NCBI GenBank assembly: GCA_963728405.1
Contig: CAVSJV010000013.1
Location: forward strand, 64,001-128,000
Origin: Methanomassiliicoccaceae archaeon
Lineage (GTDB): Archaea > Thermoplasmatota > Thermoplasmata > Methanomassiliicoccales > Methanomassiliicoccaceae
DNA: 64,000 nucleotides
Reading direction: 5' to 3'
Shown here: piece after piece, positions 11,266 to 22,240 of the stretch
Layout of the letters: each line of letters opens with the position of its first letter
Position numbering within the stretch: the stretch's first letter is position 1
Notes under the pieces: model-generated
Told to the model about the DNA's origin: nothing
The model's database searches: none
The model's input: only the letters and a program-made list of their open reading frames with translations
Translations under genes and position numbers: made by a program

Positions 11266-12705
11266 ATGGAAGGACAGATGCTGAAGGAGCTGGTCGAACT
11301 AGCCTTGTCCAAAGGAGCCACCTATGCGGAGATCAGATATCAGAAGGATGCCTATGATTCCAACCTTCTTAAGAACGGTATCGCGGAGGTCTCGTCGTTC
11401 GATACCGACCGTGGCGTGTCCATGCGGGCCGTGGTCAACGGCGGTCTTGGGTTTGGCGCTTCATCCTCCATCGGTCGGCGGGAGCTCAAGGGCCTGGTCG
11501 AGCGGACCGTCAAGGCGGCCCGGGCCGCTTCGAGGCTAAGGGACGCACCGGTCCGGATGGGCGAAGCGGACATGGCAGTAGGGTCGTCGGAGATACGGGT
11601 AAGGGTCAGGCCGGAGAACATCTCCTTGGAGGATCGTCTTGCTTTCCTAAAAGAGGTGGACCAGGCGGCCATCGAGGCCGCCACGTCCAATGCCATCTCT
11701 CTTCCCGGTCGATATCTTAATCTCGATACATTCGTCACCGAGAAACACATCGTCAATTCCGATGGGGCAGACTTCCGTTCGGTAGTGCCACGGGCCGAGG
11801 TCCATGCTGTGCTTACAGCAAAAATGGATTCAAACAGCTCGGTCCAGAGGATGTTCTCGCTGGGTGAGGCCTCAGGTTGGGAGGCCGTGGAGAGATGGGA
11901 CCTGGTCCGAAGGATGGGCGAAGAGGTGACGATCCTCGGAAGAGATCCTGAAGAAGGCCGATAGGTTCCTAGGCGAACGCATGGACGTGGTGCTGGGGCC
12001 GGAGGTTGTGGGGATAATCGCCCACGAGTCGGCCGGACATCCAGGAGAGGCGGACCGGATGCTCGGCCGGGAGGCCGCTCAGGCCGGTGAGACCTACCTG
12101 AACCGACAGGACCGGGGACGGAAGGTAGGCACGGAGCTGGTGAACGTGGTCGACGATCCAACGCTCAAAGGCTCGTTCGGTTTCTATCTCAGCGATGACG
12201 AAGGAGTGAGGGCCGCCAGGAGATATTTGATAAAAGGGGGGATGATCCAGGATTTCTTGCAAAATCGGGAGACCTCGGCCTTAATGGGGGTGCCCAGTAA
12301 CGGCTCCTCCCGTGCGGTCTCATACGATCGGGAACCTATCGTCAGGATGGCCAACACCTTCGTGGAACCGGGTGATCATGAGGAGGAAGAGATGTTCGAG
12401 GGGGTGAAGAAAGGCGTGTACATGCGCAACTTCATGGAATGGAACATCGACGACCGGCGGTTCAACCAGCGCTATGTCGGGCTGGAAGCCTACCTCATCG
12501 AGGACGGCAACCTTGGTCCGATGGTCCGCAACCCTGTTCTGGAGATAACCACTCCGGCACTTTGGTCGGCGGTCGATGCGATTGGCAAGAAGGTCGAGTT
12601 CTCTTCCGCCCACTGCGGCAAGGGCGACCCCATGCAGGCGATCCCAGTTTGGACCGGCGGGCCGCACATTCGCCTCCGCAATATCAAGATGGGGAATCGG
12701 CCTGA
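11266..12705 (+). CDS. tldD: TldD metalloprotease (frameshifts near 11942 and 12692)
   Basis: HESAGHPGEAD (HExxGH), VRMANT, CGKGDPMQ. Confidence 0.9.
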
Positions 12706-14032
12706 AGAACGAAGAGATCTGCCAACGATTGGTGGAACTATGTCTGTTCGAGGGGGCATCGGATGCCACCGCGGCGGTGAGCGAAGGAGGACAGTGCATG
12801 GTCCGATTCTCCAACAACGAGATCACGGTCGTCGATACTCTGATGCACCGTTCAGGTTCGATCTTCATCAACGTCGAGGGAAGGAAGGCGAGCACCAACC
12901 TAGTGGAGCTGGATCTAGCATCGCTCAAGAAGGCGGCCAAGAAGGCGGTGGCCATCGCCCGGGCCTCTCCTCCCGCCGACCTGTACGTGCCCTTGCCCGA
13001 AGGGCCGTTCAGCTACGATCCGAAACTGTTAAAGTCCCCCCGCGTCGACCTGGACCCCGATGGGCCTGTCACCTGGGTCCAGGAGGCCGTGACCGCTGGG
13101 ATCAAAGAGGGGGCAGAGAGGATGGCCGGCTCCCTTATTGTCCATGACGGCGAGTATTCCTTGGCCACTTCCGGTGGGGTTCTTGCCACCACCGAGGGAG
13201 GCTCGCTCGAACTGTCGTTACGGGCGTTCGGAAGGGGCAGGCATCGGGAGCCTCGGTTTCCTTAGCCATCGATGAAAATAGCCTCCACCCCGCTGCGACC
13301 GGGGCCGAGGCGGGGCGGGACGCTAAGATGGCCGCGGAGCCGGCGCAGATCGAACCAGGGGAGATGGATGCGGTGCTCGGCCCCATGGTGATGGCTCAGG
13401 TGATGAATCAGGTCGGACGGATGGCCTCAGCCTTCTACATCGACACCGGGATGTCTTTCCTGGCCAATAAGCTGGAACAGGACCTGGGTTCCCCAACCTT
13501 CTCTTTGATCGACGATCCGACCCTGGCCGATACCTTTGGCTCCTCTGCCTTCGATGCGGAGGGCCTGCCGACCCAGCGGACGGTCATCTTCGATCAAGGC
13601 GTGTTCAAGAGCTACCTCCATAACTCCACGACGGCGAGGAGGCATGGCACGGTGTCCACTGCCAACGCCGGCCTGATCGCGCCCCGGCCGTTCAATCTGG
13701 TCCTAGCTCCGGGGCGGGACGACCTGGAGTCATTGATCCGCTCGGTCGACCACGGGGTCTATGTCACCAACAACTGGTATCTGAGATACCAGAACTACGG
13801 GACGGGGGAGTTCTCCACCATCCCTAGGGATGCCATGTTCTTGATCAGGAACGGAGAGATGGCCGGCTCGGTCCGGGACCTCAGATTGTCGGATAACATG
13901 CTCAGGCTGATCAAGAACGTCGAATCTCTATCCGCGGCCCGACAATGGGTCAAATGGTGGGAGGTGTCCACGCCGGCCTTGGCCCCCCACGCGCTCATCA
14001 AGGGAGCGAAGTTCACCCGCTCCTCCCAGTGA
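12702..14032 (+). CDS. pmbA: PmbA/TldE partner subunit (frameshift near 13240; start uncertain)
   Basis: VRFSNNEI, FDAEGLPT, YLHN, STANAG; no HExxH; adjacent to tldD. Confidence 0.85.
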
Positions 14033-14164
14033 TGCCGTACCGTCATTCCTGTGGTGGGGTCCAAGGGCATGAGAGCCTCTCCTGTACCGGGTCACACAGG
14101 TTGAACGATAAAAATTAACATAATCAAATGATAATAAAAAGCTAGGGAGCGGCTCCCCAAAGTT

Positions 14165-14489
14165 ATGAAAGATTCCCGCCGATAAAGGTCCTGTACACCC
14201 TGATCGAGAACATTTTCGGCACGGCGGGCAGGCGACCGAGATCACCCCCAGCAACCGGATGGTGGAGGGTGGCCAGGAGCTTATCATCGAGGATGATGAG
14301 ATGGACATAGTGCCCTGTGATAAGTACCGCATCTTCGAGATAGGCCTTGGCAAAGGCATCGGTCTCGGCCTTTTCTTGACCAAGGAGATATTGGCGATAA
14401 CCGGGGCCACCATTCGGGAGACCGGAACGGGGGGCCAGGGGGTGCGGTTCGAGATCTTCCTCCGGGACGGGAACTGGAGACCGCGCTGA
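14165..14489 (+). pseudogene. Histidine kinase C-terminal (HATPase) remnant
   Basis: IIEDD..KYRIFEIGLGKGIGLGLFLTKEILAITGATIRETG..GVRFEI with no sensor or HisKA part. Confidence 0.75.
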
Positions 14490-14496
14490 GCTCTGC

Positions 14497-15318
14497 TCAT
14501 GGCCACTTGGATGCCAGTTCTTCTGACATGCTGCCGGATCGGAACCCCTGCAGGTCCAGAACGACATACACGAATCCTATCTTCTTAAGATCGGAGACAA
14601 CATCCTCCCGATGGGCGACGACCAGGGTGAGGTCCGCCGGCAGCACTTCGATACGGGCGATGGCGCCGTGGTGGCGGACCCTGACCTCTTTGATGCCAAG
14701 CTCGCGGACCGCCCTCTCGGCCTGGTCGATCTGCTTCAGCTTCTCCAAGGTGATCTGTTGGTGGAACGGGATGCGGGTGGCCAGGCATGGGTTGGCCGGC
14801 TTGTCCGCGGTCCCTATGCCAAGCTGTTTTGACAATCGACGTACATCGGCCTTATTGAGCCCGGCCTCTGACAGCGGAGAACGAACGCCCAGCTCTCGGA
14901 GGGCGCGTTTGCCCGGCCGGTCGCTGTCTAGGTCTTCGGCATGACTGCCGTCGATGATCACTGAATAGCCTCTCGCTTTGGCCGTGGCCGCGATGGCAGA
15001 GAAGATGGCCCGCTTGCAGATGTAACAGCGGTCCGGGGAATTGTTCCGAAAGTCCGCCATGGCCAGAACATCGACGATCAGGATGGAGGGCTCGATCCCC
15101 ATGGTCCGGGCGTTGGTCAGGGCGCATTCTAGCTCCGAGGAAGGCATCAAATCGCAAGAGACGGTGATGGCCAAGACCTTCTCCACCAGCTCGTCCCGAG
15201 CTACCCTGAGGATCAGGGAGCTGTCCGCGCCTCCGGAGTAGGCGATAGCGACCTTACCCATGGACTTTAATATGGCCCGCAGGCGGTCCAGCCCCTCGTC
15301 GCGGTCGATCACGCCCAT
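14497..15318 (-). CDS. larE: LarE-family ATP-dependent sulfur transferase
   Basis: AYSGGADS PP-loop, RCYICK, RPG, CLATRIP, VRVRHHG, DLQGFRSGSM. Confidence 0.9.
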   Translation of the reverse strand: MGVIDRDEGLDRLRAILKSMGKVAIAYSGGADSSLILRVARDELVEKVLAITVSCDLMPSSELECALTNARTMGIEPSILIVDVLAMADFRNNSPDRCYICKRAIFSAIAATAKARGYSVIIDGSHAEDLDSDRPGKRALRELGVRSPLSEAGLNKADVRRLSKQLGIGTADKPANPCLATRIPFHQQITLEKLKQIDQAERAVRELGIKEVRVRHHGAIARIEVLPADLTLVVAHREDVVSDLKKIGFVYVVLDLQGFRSGSMSEELASKWP

Positions 15319-15396
15319 CAATCACGCCTCATAACTATATCTTTTCCCGCCTTACCGGGCAGAAGCCAAAAATAGGCCCTGGCCTATGTTGGAGCA

Positions 15397-16197
15397 ATGA
15401 CCGTCCGGGACGTTCTGGAACGACACAAGAGAGGAGAGCTTGACATCGCCGAGGCGGAGCGCCTGATGCGTCTGGATTATGTCCAACGGATCGGGGATCA
15501 TACTCTATTCGATACCCGCCGGTCCGAACGGAAGGATGTGCCCGAGATCATATATGGTCAGACCAAGACCCCTCAGGTGGTGGCCGAGCTCGTGAGGGAG
15601 ATCCTGAAGGACAAGGACAATCTCCTCATATCGCGGGCCGGTCAAGAGCACTACGAGGCGGTCAAGAATGCAGTAGGGGCCGAGAACGTACGATTTGTAG
15701 AGAAGGCCGGCATGATCGTGGTCGACCTTCGAAATGAGGTAAAATATCGCGGAAGGATTGGCATCCTGACCGCAGGGACATCGGACATCCGGGTCGCTGA
15801 GGAGGCTAGAGTGGTGGCCGAAGCGATGAGCGTTGAATCGATGATCGCTTATGATGTGGGAATAGCTGCGTTCCATCGTTTCCTCGACCCTTTGGTGAAC
15901 ATGCTCGACTCAGGAGCGGATGCCCTCATTGTTGTTGCGGGCATGGAAGGCGCGCTGGCCTCGGTGGTCTCCTCCCTAGTGGATGTACCTGTCATCGGCG
16001 TTCCGACCTCGGTAGGTTATGGGGCGGGACGCGAGGGGAAGGCCGCCCTGATGTCCATGCTCCAATCCTGCTCCCCCGGGCTGGCGGTCGTTAATATCGA
16101 TAACGGGGTGGGGGCTGGTGCTACAGCCGCCCTCATAAGCTTAAGATGCAGGCGTTCTAAATATTACAAGGATGGCAATGCGGGTCATGATGGGTAG
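15397..16197 (+). CDS. larB: LarB (nickel pincer cofactor biosynthesis, AIR carboxylase family)
   Basis: PEIIYGQTK, TAGTSD..VAEEA, AGMEGAL, VPTSVGYG, VVNIDNG. Confidence 0.92.
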   Translation: MTVRDVLERHKRGELDIAEAERLMRLDYVQRIGDHTLFDTRRSERKDVPEIIYGQTKTPQVVAELVREILKDKDNLLISRAGQEHYEAVKNAVGAENVRFVEKAGMIVVDLRNEVKYRGRIGILTAGTSDIRVAEEARVVAEAMSVESMIAYDVGIAAFHRFLDPLVNMLDSGADALIVVAGMEGALASVVSSLVDVPVIGVPTSVGYGAGREGKAALMSMLQSCSPGLAVVNIDNGVGAGATAALISLRCRRSKYYKDGNAGHDG

Positions 16198-17863
16198 GGC
16201 GGAAAACCGGAAAGCGGCGGAGCAGTTCTACGATCTCGCCTTGGCTATGGAGATTCAGGGAGAGCGATGGAGAGCCAATTCGTATCTGAAGGCAGCCCGA
16301 GCTATTGAGGGCCTAGGGGAACATCTGCGTTCCATCAGTGAACGGAGGGAGCTCCGTAACATCGAAGGGGTCGGAGAGAGCATCGAGTCCAAGCTCGAGG
16401 AGTACCTGACCACGGGCAAGATCGAAGCATTGGAGGCGGTCAGGGACGTGCTTCCGGAGGACCTGCCTTTTTTCCGCGATGCTCCCACCCTAGGCACTAC
16501 GCGAGTGGCCGATCTTGATCAACTGCTGGGCATTCGGTCGGTGGACGAGCTGCTGCGGGCCATCCATGAGGACGGGCTGGCCGAACTGCCTGATTTTGGC
16601 GAGGAAGTGCAGAGGAAGACCCTAGAATGGTTGAATTGGAAGAGGGAAGAATCGGCCGAGGTGCCGACCCCCTATGCCATCAGGTCGGCCAATCGCATCA
16701 TCGACCACCTGCGAGCCTCAGGGGAGGTCGAACGGATCGAACTGGCCGGACCTGTCAGGAGGAAGACCTCAACTGTGGCGAACATAATTCTGCTCTTCAC
16801 CTCCGATTCACCCGACCTGGTGATCGCCCGGTTCGGGCTCTGTCCAGAGGTGCTCGAACTGACCCTAGTAGAAAGGGACCAAGCGGTGGGCAAGACCACT
16901 TCGGGGGCGGCCTGCATGGTCCGTGAGGTCAAAGAGGATGCCTTCGCCCTCGAGCTGCTTCGTTCCACCGGCCCGGAGGCCCACATCAAGGAACTGATCG
17001 CGGTGGCCAAAGACCATGGGAAGAGGCTGTCATCCGGCCTACCTGGAAAGGGCAAACATGCCCGTACCGAAGAGGACATCTACGCTGCCCTGGACCTCAG
17101 CTACATCCCTCCCGAGTTGAGGGAAGGGCGCGTTTCCCACGATGGACCGCCGGTCAAGGACGGCGATCTGCTGGGTGACCTGCACGTCCGCTCGGCCTCG
17201 CTGGACGGGAGCCTTCGTGTTGCCGAGATGGTCCGGACCGCCAAGGAGATGGGGCATCATTACCTCTGTATATGCGATCGCCTGGGGGGCAGGCGTATGA
17301 ACATAGAGAACCTGAACCGACGGAACGCCATGATCGACGAGGTCCAGGAGACCATGGAACTCCCCATCCTGAAAGGAGCGGAAGTAGATATAACTCCAGA
17401 CGGCCGGCTGGATGCTCCCTCGGACGTCCTCGGCGATCTGGATCTGGTCATCGCATCAGTGAACACCAAGCTATCCATGTCACCCGGGGAGATGCTCGCC
17501 CGAGTGCTTCGGGCGATGGAAGATCCCAATATGGACATCCTGGGCCATCCGACCAACCGGGTCATCGGTCTGCGAGAGCGTTCCGGCCTGGACCTGCTGC
17601 GGGTCGCCGAGCGCGCCGTCGAGAGGAGGGTGGCGTTGGAGATGAACGTCTACCCTGACCGGCTGGACCTCAGCGATGAGGATGCCTACAAGCTCCAAGG
17701 GACCGGTGCCTACTTCTCCCTGGGCAGCGATGCCGCCTACCCTAACGAGTTGGACCACTGGAAGTGGGCGATGACCATGGCAAGGAAGGCCTACCTTCCC
17801 AAGACCCGAGTGTTGAACTCGATGCCGGTGGAACTGCTGAGGAAGAGAGCTTGGAGGAAGTGA
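16172..17863 (+). CDS. polX: PolX-PHP fusion with degenerate active sites
   Basis: N-terminal HhH (IEGVGESI), EEDIY..YIPPELRE, GDLH, GAEVDI, GHPTNR, RLDL. Confidence 0.88.
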   Translation: MAMRVMMGRAENRKAAEQFYDLALAMEIQGERWRANSYLKAARAIEGLGEHLRSISERRELRNIEGVGESIESKLEEYLTTGKIEALEAVRDVLPEDLPFFRDAPTLGTTRVADLDQLLGIRSVDELLRAIHEDGLAELPDFGEEVQRKTLEWLNWKREESAEVPTPYAIRSANRIIDHLRASGEVERIELAGPVRRKTSTVANIILLFTSDSPDLVIARFGLCPEVLELTLVERDQAVGKTTSGAACMVREVKEDAFALELLRSTGPEAHIKELIAVAKDHGKRLSSGLPGKGKHARTEEDIYAALDLSYIPPELREGRVSHDGPPVKDGDLLGDLHVRSASLDGSLRVAEMVRTAKEMGHHYLCICDRLGGRRMNIENLNRRNAMIDEVQETMELPILKGAEVDITPDGRLDAPSDVLGDLDLVIASVNTKLSMSPGEMLARVLRAMEDPNMDILGHPTNRVIGLRERSGLDLLRVAERAVERRVALEMNVYPDRLDLSDEDAYKLQGTGAYFSLGSDAAYPNELDHWKWAMTMARKAYLPKTRVLNSMPVELLRKRAWRK

Positions 17864-17869
17864 GCAGCA

Positions 17870-18835
17870 ATGAGCCTATTCGCCCGTAAGGACCGTACCG
17901 CCAGGTTGAGGCCTATGACCTCGGAGGACATCGAGGAGGTCAGAGAGGTCGGCCAGATCGCCTGGTCCGACCTGGCCATGCATGATATCGGCCGCAAGTT
18001 CAAATATCCCAAACGGTCGGAGAAGATCGTCGATGCCTACCTCTGGAAGGACCCAGGCGGCTGCCTGGTCGCCGAGGAGGATGGCAAGATAGTGGGATCG
18101 GCCTTCTGTCATGTATGGGGCCGGGTCGGTTGGGTCGGCCCCTTGGAGGTCCTGCCCACTTATCAGGACCATGGCATCGGCAAGGCTCTGCTCAACAAAT
18201 GCGAGGCTCATCTCGAGTCAAGGGGATGCACGGTCATGGGCCTGGAGACCATGGCCCACCTGCCCAAACATCTTCACTTCTATATGTCCTCAGGATATCG
18301 TCCCGGGGCGACCACCCTGATCATGGAGAACATACTGGGCCTCGAGGGGAAGACCGGCGGGGAGACCGATGAACTGACCTTGGAGGGTCTTCCGTCCGGC
18401 TTCCGGTCAATAGCTGCCCTGAGCGAGAAAGTGAACACCCAGCTGGACTATTCGAAGGAGGCCGAGGTCATCGTTCGGAAACGCCTGGGTCATGTGTACT
18501 TCACAAAGGATGATCGGGGATTGACGGGATTTGCCCTTCTGCATACTTATCAACGTGGGGATGAGGCCACCTACTCATCGATCAAGGCTCTGCTCATCGA
18601 TCCTGATGCCCTCGATCCGCAGGCGACATTCACCAGCCTCATGTCCAAGTGTGAGCAGGTCTCCCTGGAACAGGGAAAGAGCAGACTGCTGACCCGTTTC
18701 CCGGCGGGGGACCTGCGGCTCTACGGTCAAATGCTCGAACGGGGCTTCGTGCTGAAAGGCGCCAATCTCCGGATGATCAAGACGGGCGATTACAATGAGC
18801 GGGGCAGCTATAACATCGCCTCCTGGGCGGGATGA
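17870..18835 (+). CDS. GNAT N-acetyltransferase
   Basis: VGPLEVLPTYQDHGIGKAL acetyl-CoA motif. Confidence 0.8.
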   Translation: MSLFARKDRTARLRPMTSEDIEEVREVGQIAWSDLAMHDIGRKFKYPKRSEKIVDAYLWKDPGGCLVAEEDGKIVGSAFCHVWGRVGWVGPLEVLPTYQDHGIGKALLNKCEAHLESRGCTVMGLETMAHLPKHLHFYMSSGYRPGATTLIMENILGLEGKTGGETDELTLEGLPSGFRSIAALSEKVNTQLDYSKEAEVIVRKRLGHVYFTKDDRGLTGFALLHTYQRGDEATYSSIKALLIDPDALDPQATFTSLMSKCEQVSLEQGKSRLLTRFPAGDLRLYGQMLERGFVLKGANLRMIKTGDYNERGSYNIASWAG

Positions 18836-18870
18836 GCCGATATCGGAAGAACTGAGAACCTGTTGTCCAG

Positions 18871-19265
18871 TTAGGTGGGGCTGACCTTTCTCCTCCTGAC
18901 CCACCGATATGCCAGGAAGAGAAGGAGCGGCAGCAAGGCGATGGCAGCGATCACCAGGTCGTACTGGTCCACGATCTCTACCGCGGACTCCCAGGCCGGG
19001 CCATCAGGGCAGAGACCGCCACGATGAACAGGCCCATGATCATGAATCGTTTCACCCCCACGCGGTCCGAAGCCAGACCCGCAGGGATGTCGAGGAAAAC
19101 CCGGGCAAGGGAGGTGGAGGCGATCAGGAGACCGACCATGGCGATGGTCACCCCGAAGCTGAGGGCGTACAGTGGCAAGACGGGAGATATCAGGGCCTGC
19201 CCGAGGCTGACGATAAAACCGATGATCGATAGGATCAGTGTATCCTTCAGCTCATCCCTGACCAT
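18871..19265 (-). pseudogene. MFS transporter N-terminus joined out of frame to a DedA-like C-terminus
   Basis: MFS motif A GLASDRVGVK, then GPAWESAVEIVDQYDLVIAAIALLPLLLFLAYRWVRRRK* in another frame. Confidence 0.6.
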
Positions 19266-19498
19266 CTGCCTTCCTGGAGAACCCATTTATTGAAGCAGGC
19301 TCGCCATTTGAGGTTGGTCGCCTACAGTATTTCTGATTTCCTCGCACATGGTGGATCCCCACGGAAAGAAATATGGTTCGAGCGTCCTAGGAAATGCTTA
19401 CATCTAGGCAGGACCGGCCTGAAGTTAAGTTAATGAAAGTGGAGAGCCCATAAAAACCAGCAAGCGTGGTATTTACCTCTGCTGGAGGATGAGAAAGG

Positions 19499-20467
19499 GT
19501 GAAGATCGCAATAGCTGGCGCGGGGATGGCAGGATCGTATCTGTACAGGATCCTGAAGGAGGAAGGTTTTGGGACCATCGATATCTATGACCAGAAGAAG
19601 AGCAATAGCTGCGGGCACCGACCCTGCGCCTGGGGGTTCGCGCCCTCTTCCGAGTACTCTCGCCTAGTGTCCCGGTTCACCGATCCCGAAGGATTGGTGC
19701 TCAAGGCCTCGCGGTCCATCCGCATCGACGACATCGAGATGGGCGCCGACCTGTTGACGGTGGACAAGCCCGCCCTCAACAAAGCCATCCTGGATGGCGC
19801 GCCGGTCCATTATGGGCCGCTCGATCCAGGCGGCTATGATCGGGTGATCGATGCGACCGGTGTAGAGCGGGCCTATCTCGGACCGGTCGAGGGGGATGAT
19901 TTCGTGGCCGACCTCGCCCAGTACAGGGTCCGGACAAGCGAGGACCTAGGCCTGTGGATCAACACCTCCTCGATCGGCTATGAATGGTGCTTCCCTCTGA
20001 GGGAGAACGAGTACCACATTGGCTTCGGTAACCTCAAGGCCAAGGCTGAATCCTACGTTCCCACGTTCGCCAACGAGACCAAAGCTACGATCCTCTGCAA
20101 GTGCCATAGCCGGTTGCGCATGTCCTCACCCTACCACTCCAAACCTTTCTTTGCGAACAACAATATCGTTGGTGTCGGCGAGTGCATCGGCACGGTGGCA
20201 CCCCTGGGTGGCGACGGCAATCTGTACGCCATGCAGTGCGCGGAGATGCTTGTGGAACACTGGGACGACCTGAACAAGTATACAATGACGGTCCTAAAGA
20301 AATTCGATTGGATGAGGCGAGAGCGCGAATGTCTTGAGCGACTGATGGGGGGTCAGATGCCCTCTATTAGCGATGTCAGGACCTTTGTCCAGCACGCGCG
20401 CCGGGCAGGTTTCGAAATGAGCACGGTCAGCGCTCTCCGGTACTTCAAGAATGCCCTGCAAGGATGA
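19499..20467 (+). CDS. Geranylgeranyl reductase-like FAD oxidoreductase
   Basis: GAGMAG, PCAWG, DATG, GYEWCFP (YxWxFP), GECIGTVAPLGGDG. Confidence 0.75.
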   Translation: MKIAIAGAGMAGSYLYRILKEEGFGTIDIYDQKKSNSCGHRPCAWGFAPSSEYSRLVSRFTDPEGLVLKASRSIRIDDIEMGADLLTVDKPALNKAILDGAPVHYGPLDPGGYDRVIDATGVERAYLGPVEGDDFVADLAQYRVRTSEDLGLWINTSSIGYEWCFPLRENEYHIGFGNLKAKAESYVPTFANETKATILCKCHSRLRMSSPYHSKPFFANNNIVGVGECIGTVAPLGGDGNLYAMQCAEMLVEHWDDLNKYTMTVLKKFDWMRRERECLERLMGGQMPSISDVRTFVQHARRAGFEMSTVSALRYFKNALQG

Positions 20468-20471
20468 GCCC

Positions 20472-21194
20472 ATGGCCTTCCACCCGAACGGTCCAGGGAC
20501 CTCTACCGAGGAACGGAAGGTGATGCGAGGACGGCATCTCGAATGGTACTGGCCACTGGTCCATAATCAGACAGTGCTGGGAAGTTTGTTCACGCTCATA
20601 CATTTGCCCTTCATGCTCGCCTTCTTAGGCATGGTGGTCGTGGGCACATTCACCCTGGGGGTTCTCAACTGGACGGTGCTTCTCCTTTCTTTAGGTGCTG
20701 TCGGCCTCACTCTATATGGTGAACATATGCTGGACGATACCGGCAGGGTGGGCAAGCCCTGGGACACCGTATTCAGCGATCGAACTCTTGGGGCCATGGC
20801 CATTATTGCCTTCATCGGAGCATTTGCCTTGGGAGTCTACGGTTCTCTCTATCTGGCCTCCCCGATCCCGGCCATCGGTGTGCTTATCGGAATAGCGTTC
20901 TCCATTGTGTACAGTCTAGAATTCTGGCGATTCCATTCGATCGCCTTCGGCGGATTCGGATTGGGGGCGGTGGCACCCTTTTCCTACATCGCTCAGACAA
21001 TTTCTTTGGGCTCTTCGTTCGACCTTCTGCTCGCTGGGCTTCTTCTCCTCTTCGGTTTTACTGTTGGATCAGTCCTGTTGGCCCTGTACGAGAATACCAA
21101 GACCGACAACTACGTTCAGGCCTGGAAGCTGCTTGGTTTGCAATTCCTAATGATCTACTCTCTAGCCATCCTTGCGCTCATTAAAGCAGGCTAA
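20472..21194 (+). CDS. UbiA-superfamily-like membrane protein (divergent)
   Basis: Multiple TM helices; EHMLDD acidic motif after TM2. Confidence 0.5.
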   Translation: MAFHPNGPGTSTEERKVMRGRHLEWYWPLVHNQTVLGSLFTLIHLPFMLAFLGMVVVGTFTLGVLNWTVLLLSLGAVGLTLYGEHMLDDTGRVGKPWDTVFSDRTLGAMAIIAFIGAFALGVYGSLYLASPIPAIGVLIGIAFSIVYSLEFWRFHSIAFGGFGLGAVAPFSYIAQTISLGSSFDLLLAGLLLLFGFTVGSVLLALYENTKTDNYVQAWKLLGLQFLMIYSLAILALIKAG

Positions 21195-21298
21195 TAAAAA
21201 ATGGATCATGATATGGCCGAACGGAAGGATCGTCCCATCGGTGTTCCTACACAATATTAATACTCCTGTAGTACCCAGGGAGATAAGGTGGCTTACTT

Positions 21299-22240
21299 TT
21301 GGACCCGCGCTCCCTCTTCGAGTTCGCCCGGATTAAGCCATTGGCCGCTTGGAGCTTGAGCGGAGCACTCCTCGGCACCGGACTAGCTATCTATCTTTCG
21401 AGCGGCCAGCTGCTCGCCCCTTTATCGATGGCCCTCGCCATCGGATGCGTCGTCATCATGCAATATGTGGCTCATCCTATGAACGACATCATGGACTATG
21501 AGCTTGATCGACAGGCTCCTATCGGCGCTACTGGTAGGTTCAAACCCATCGTGGATGGGGAGATATCGATCAAGGAGGCAAGGCACCTAAGTTTGTTACT
21601 GGTCACGGTCGTTCTGGTGATGATGTCCTACCTGATCGTGCTCCAACCCGTTCTGGTCCTTCCGGCGGCCTATGGGATGGTGGCGCTCATCGGTTACAAC
21701 CACTCGTCGTTGCGGTGGGCATACAAACCCTTCACCGAGCTGTATCTGAGCATGCCCATCAATGCCATCTCCGTCCTGGTCATCTCGTTCATCGGCTCCG
21801 GTCAAATAAGCGGGGTCTCCATCATCATCAGCCTAGCCTTCGGCTTCGCATCCAGTTCGTTCTTTGTCAGCATGATGAGCATGGATTTCCCCATCGATCG
21901 GACTAATGGAAAAAGGACCACCGTGGTCACCTTCCCGCGACTGAGGTGGTGCACCTATTATCCTATGATCGGCCTGGCGGTCGCTCTCTTGGGCTCTCCG
22001 CTACTAATGGCGACGGGGGGACCGGCCTTCACCACTGTGTTCGTTCTCATCTCCGTCGCCGTGTTCCTGGCACTGTCCTGGTATGGGGCCAGGGTGGACG
22101 CCTTACGGTTCCGATACCTCGAGGGTAGGGAAAAGGACCCTGAAGGTCGCTCCGGCTACATCCGCCTACGTCAGCTCTACCTCTCCCTGGCCTATGCCAT
22201 CCTGCTGTCCGGGTTGTTCGTTCTTTTCAGGGGTGCATGA
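21299..22240 (+). CDS. MenA/UbiA-family prenyltransferase
   Basis: NDIMDYELD and DFPIDRTNGKRT motifs; multiple TM helices. Confidence 0.8.
   Translation: MDPRSLFEFARIKPLAAWSLSGALLGTGLAIYLSSGQLLAPLSMALAIGCVVIMQYVAHPMNDIMDYELDRQAPIGATGRFKPIVDGEISIKEARHLSLLLVTVVLVMMSYLIVLQPVLVLPAAYGMVALIGYNHSSLRWAYKPFTELYLSMPINAISVLVISFIGSGQISGVSIIISLAFGFASSSFFVSMMSMDFPIDRTNGKRTTVVTFPRLRWCTYYPMIGLAVALLGSPLLMATGGPAFTTVFVLISVAVFLALSWYGARVDALRFRYLEGREKDPEGRSGYIRLRQLYLSLAYAILLSGLFVLFRGA

Noticed and set aside
11940-11985. Pyrrolysine read-through at the tldD TAG
   Set aside because: The downstream half is in a different frame; a one-base indel explains the break.
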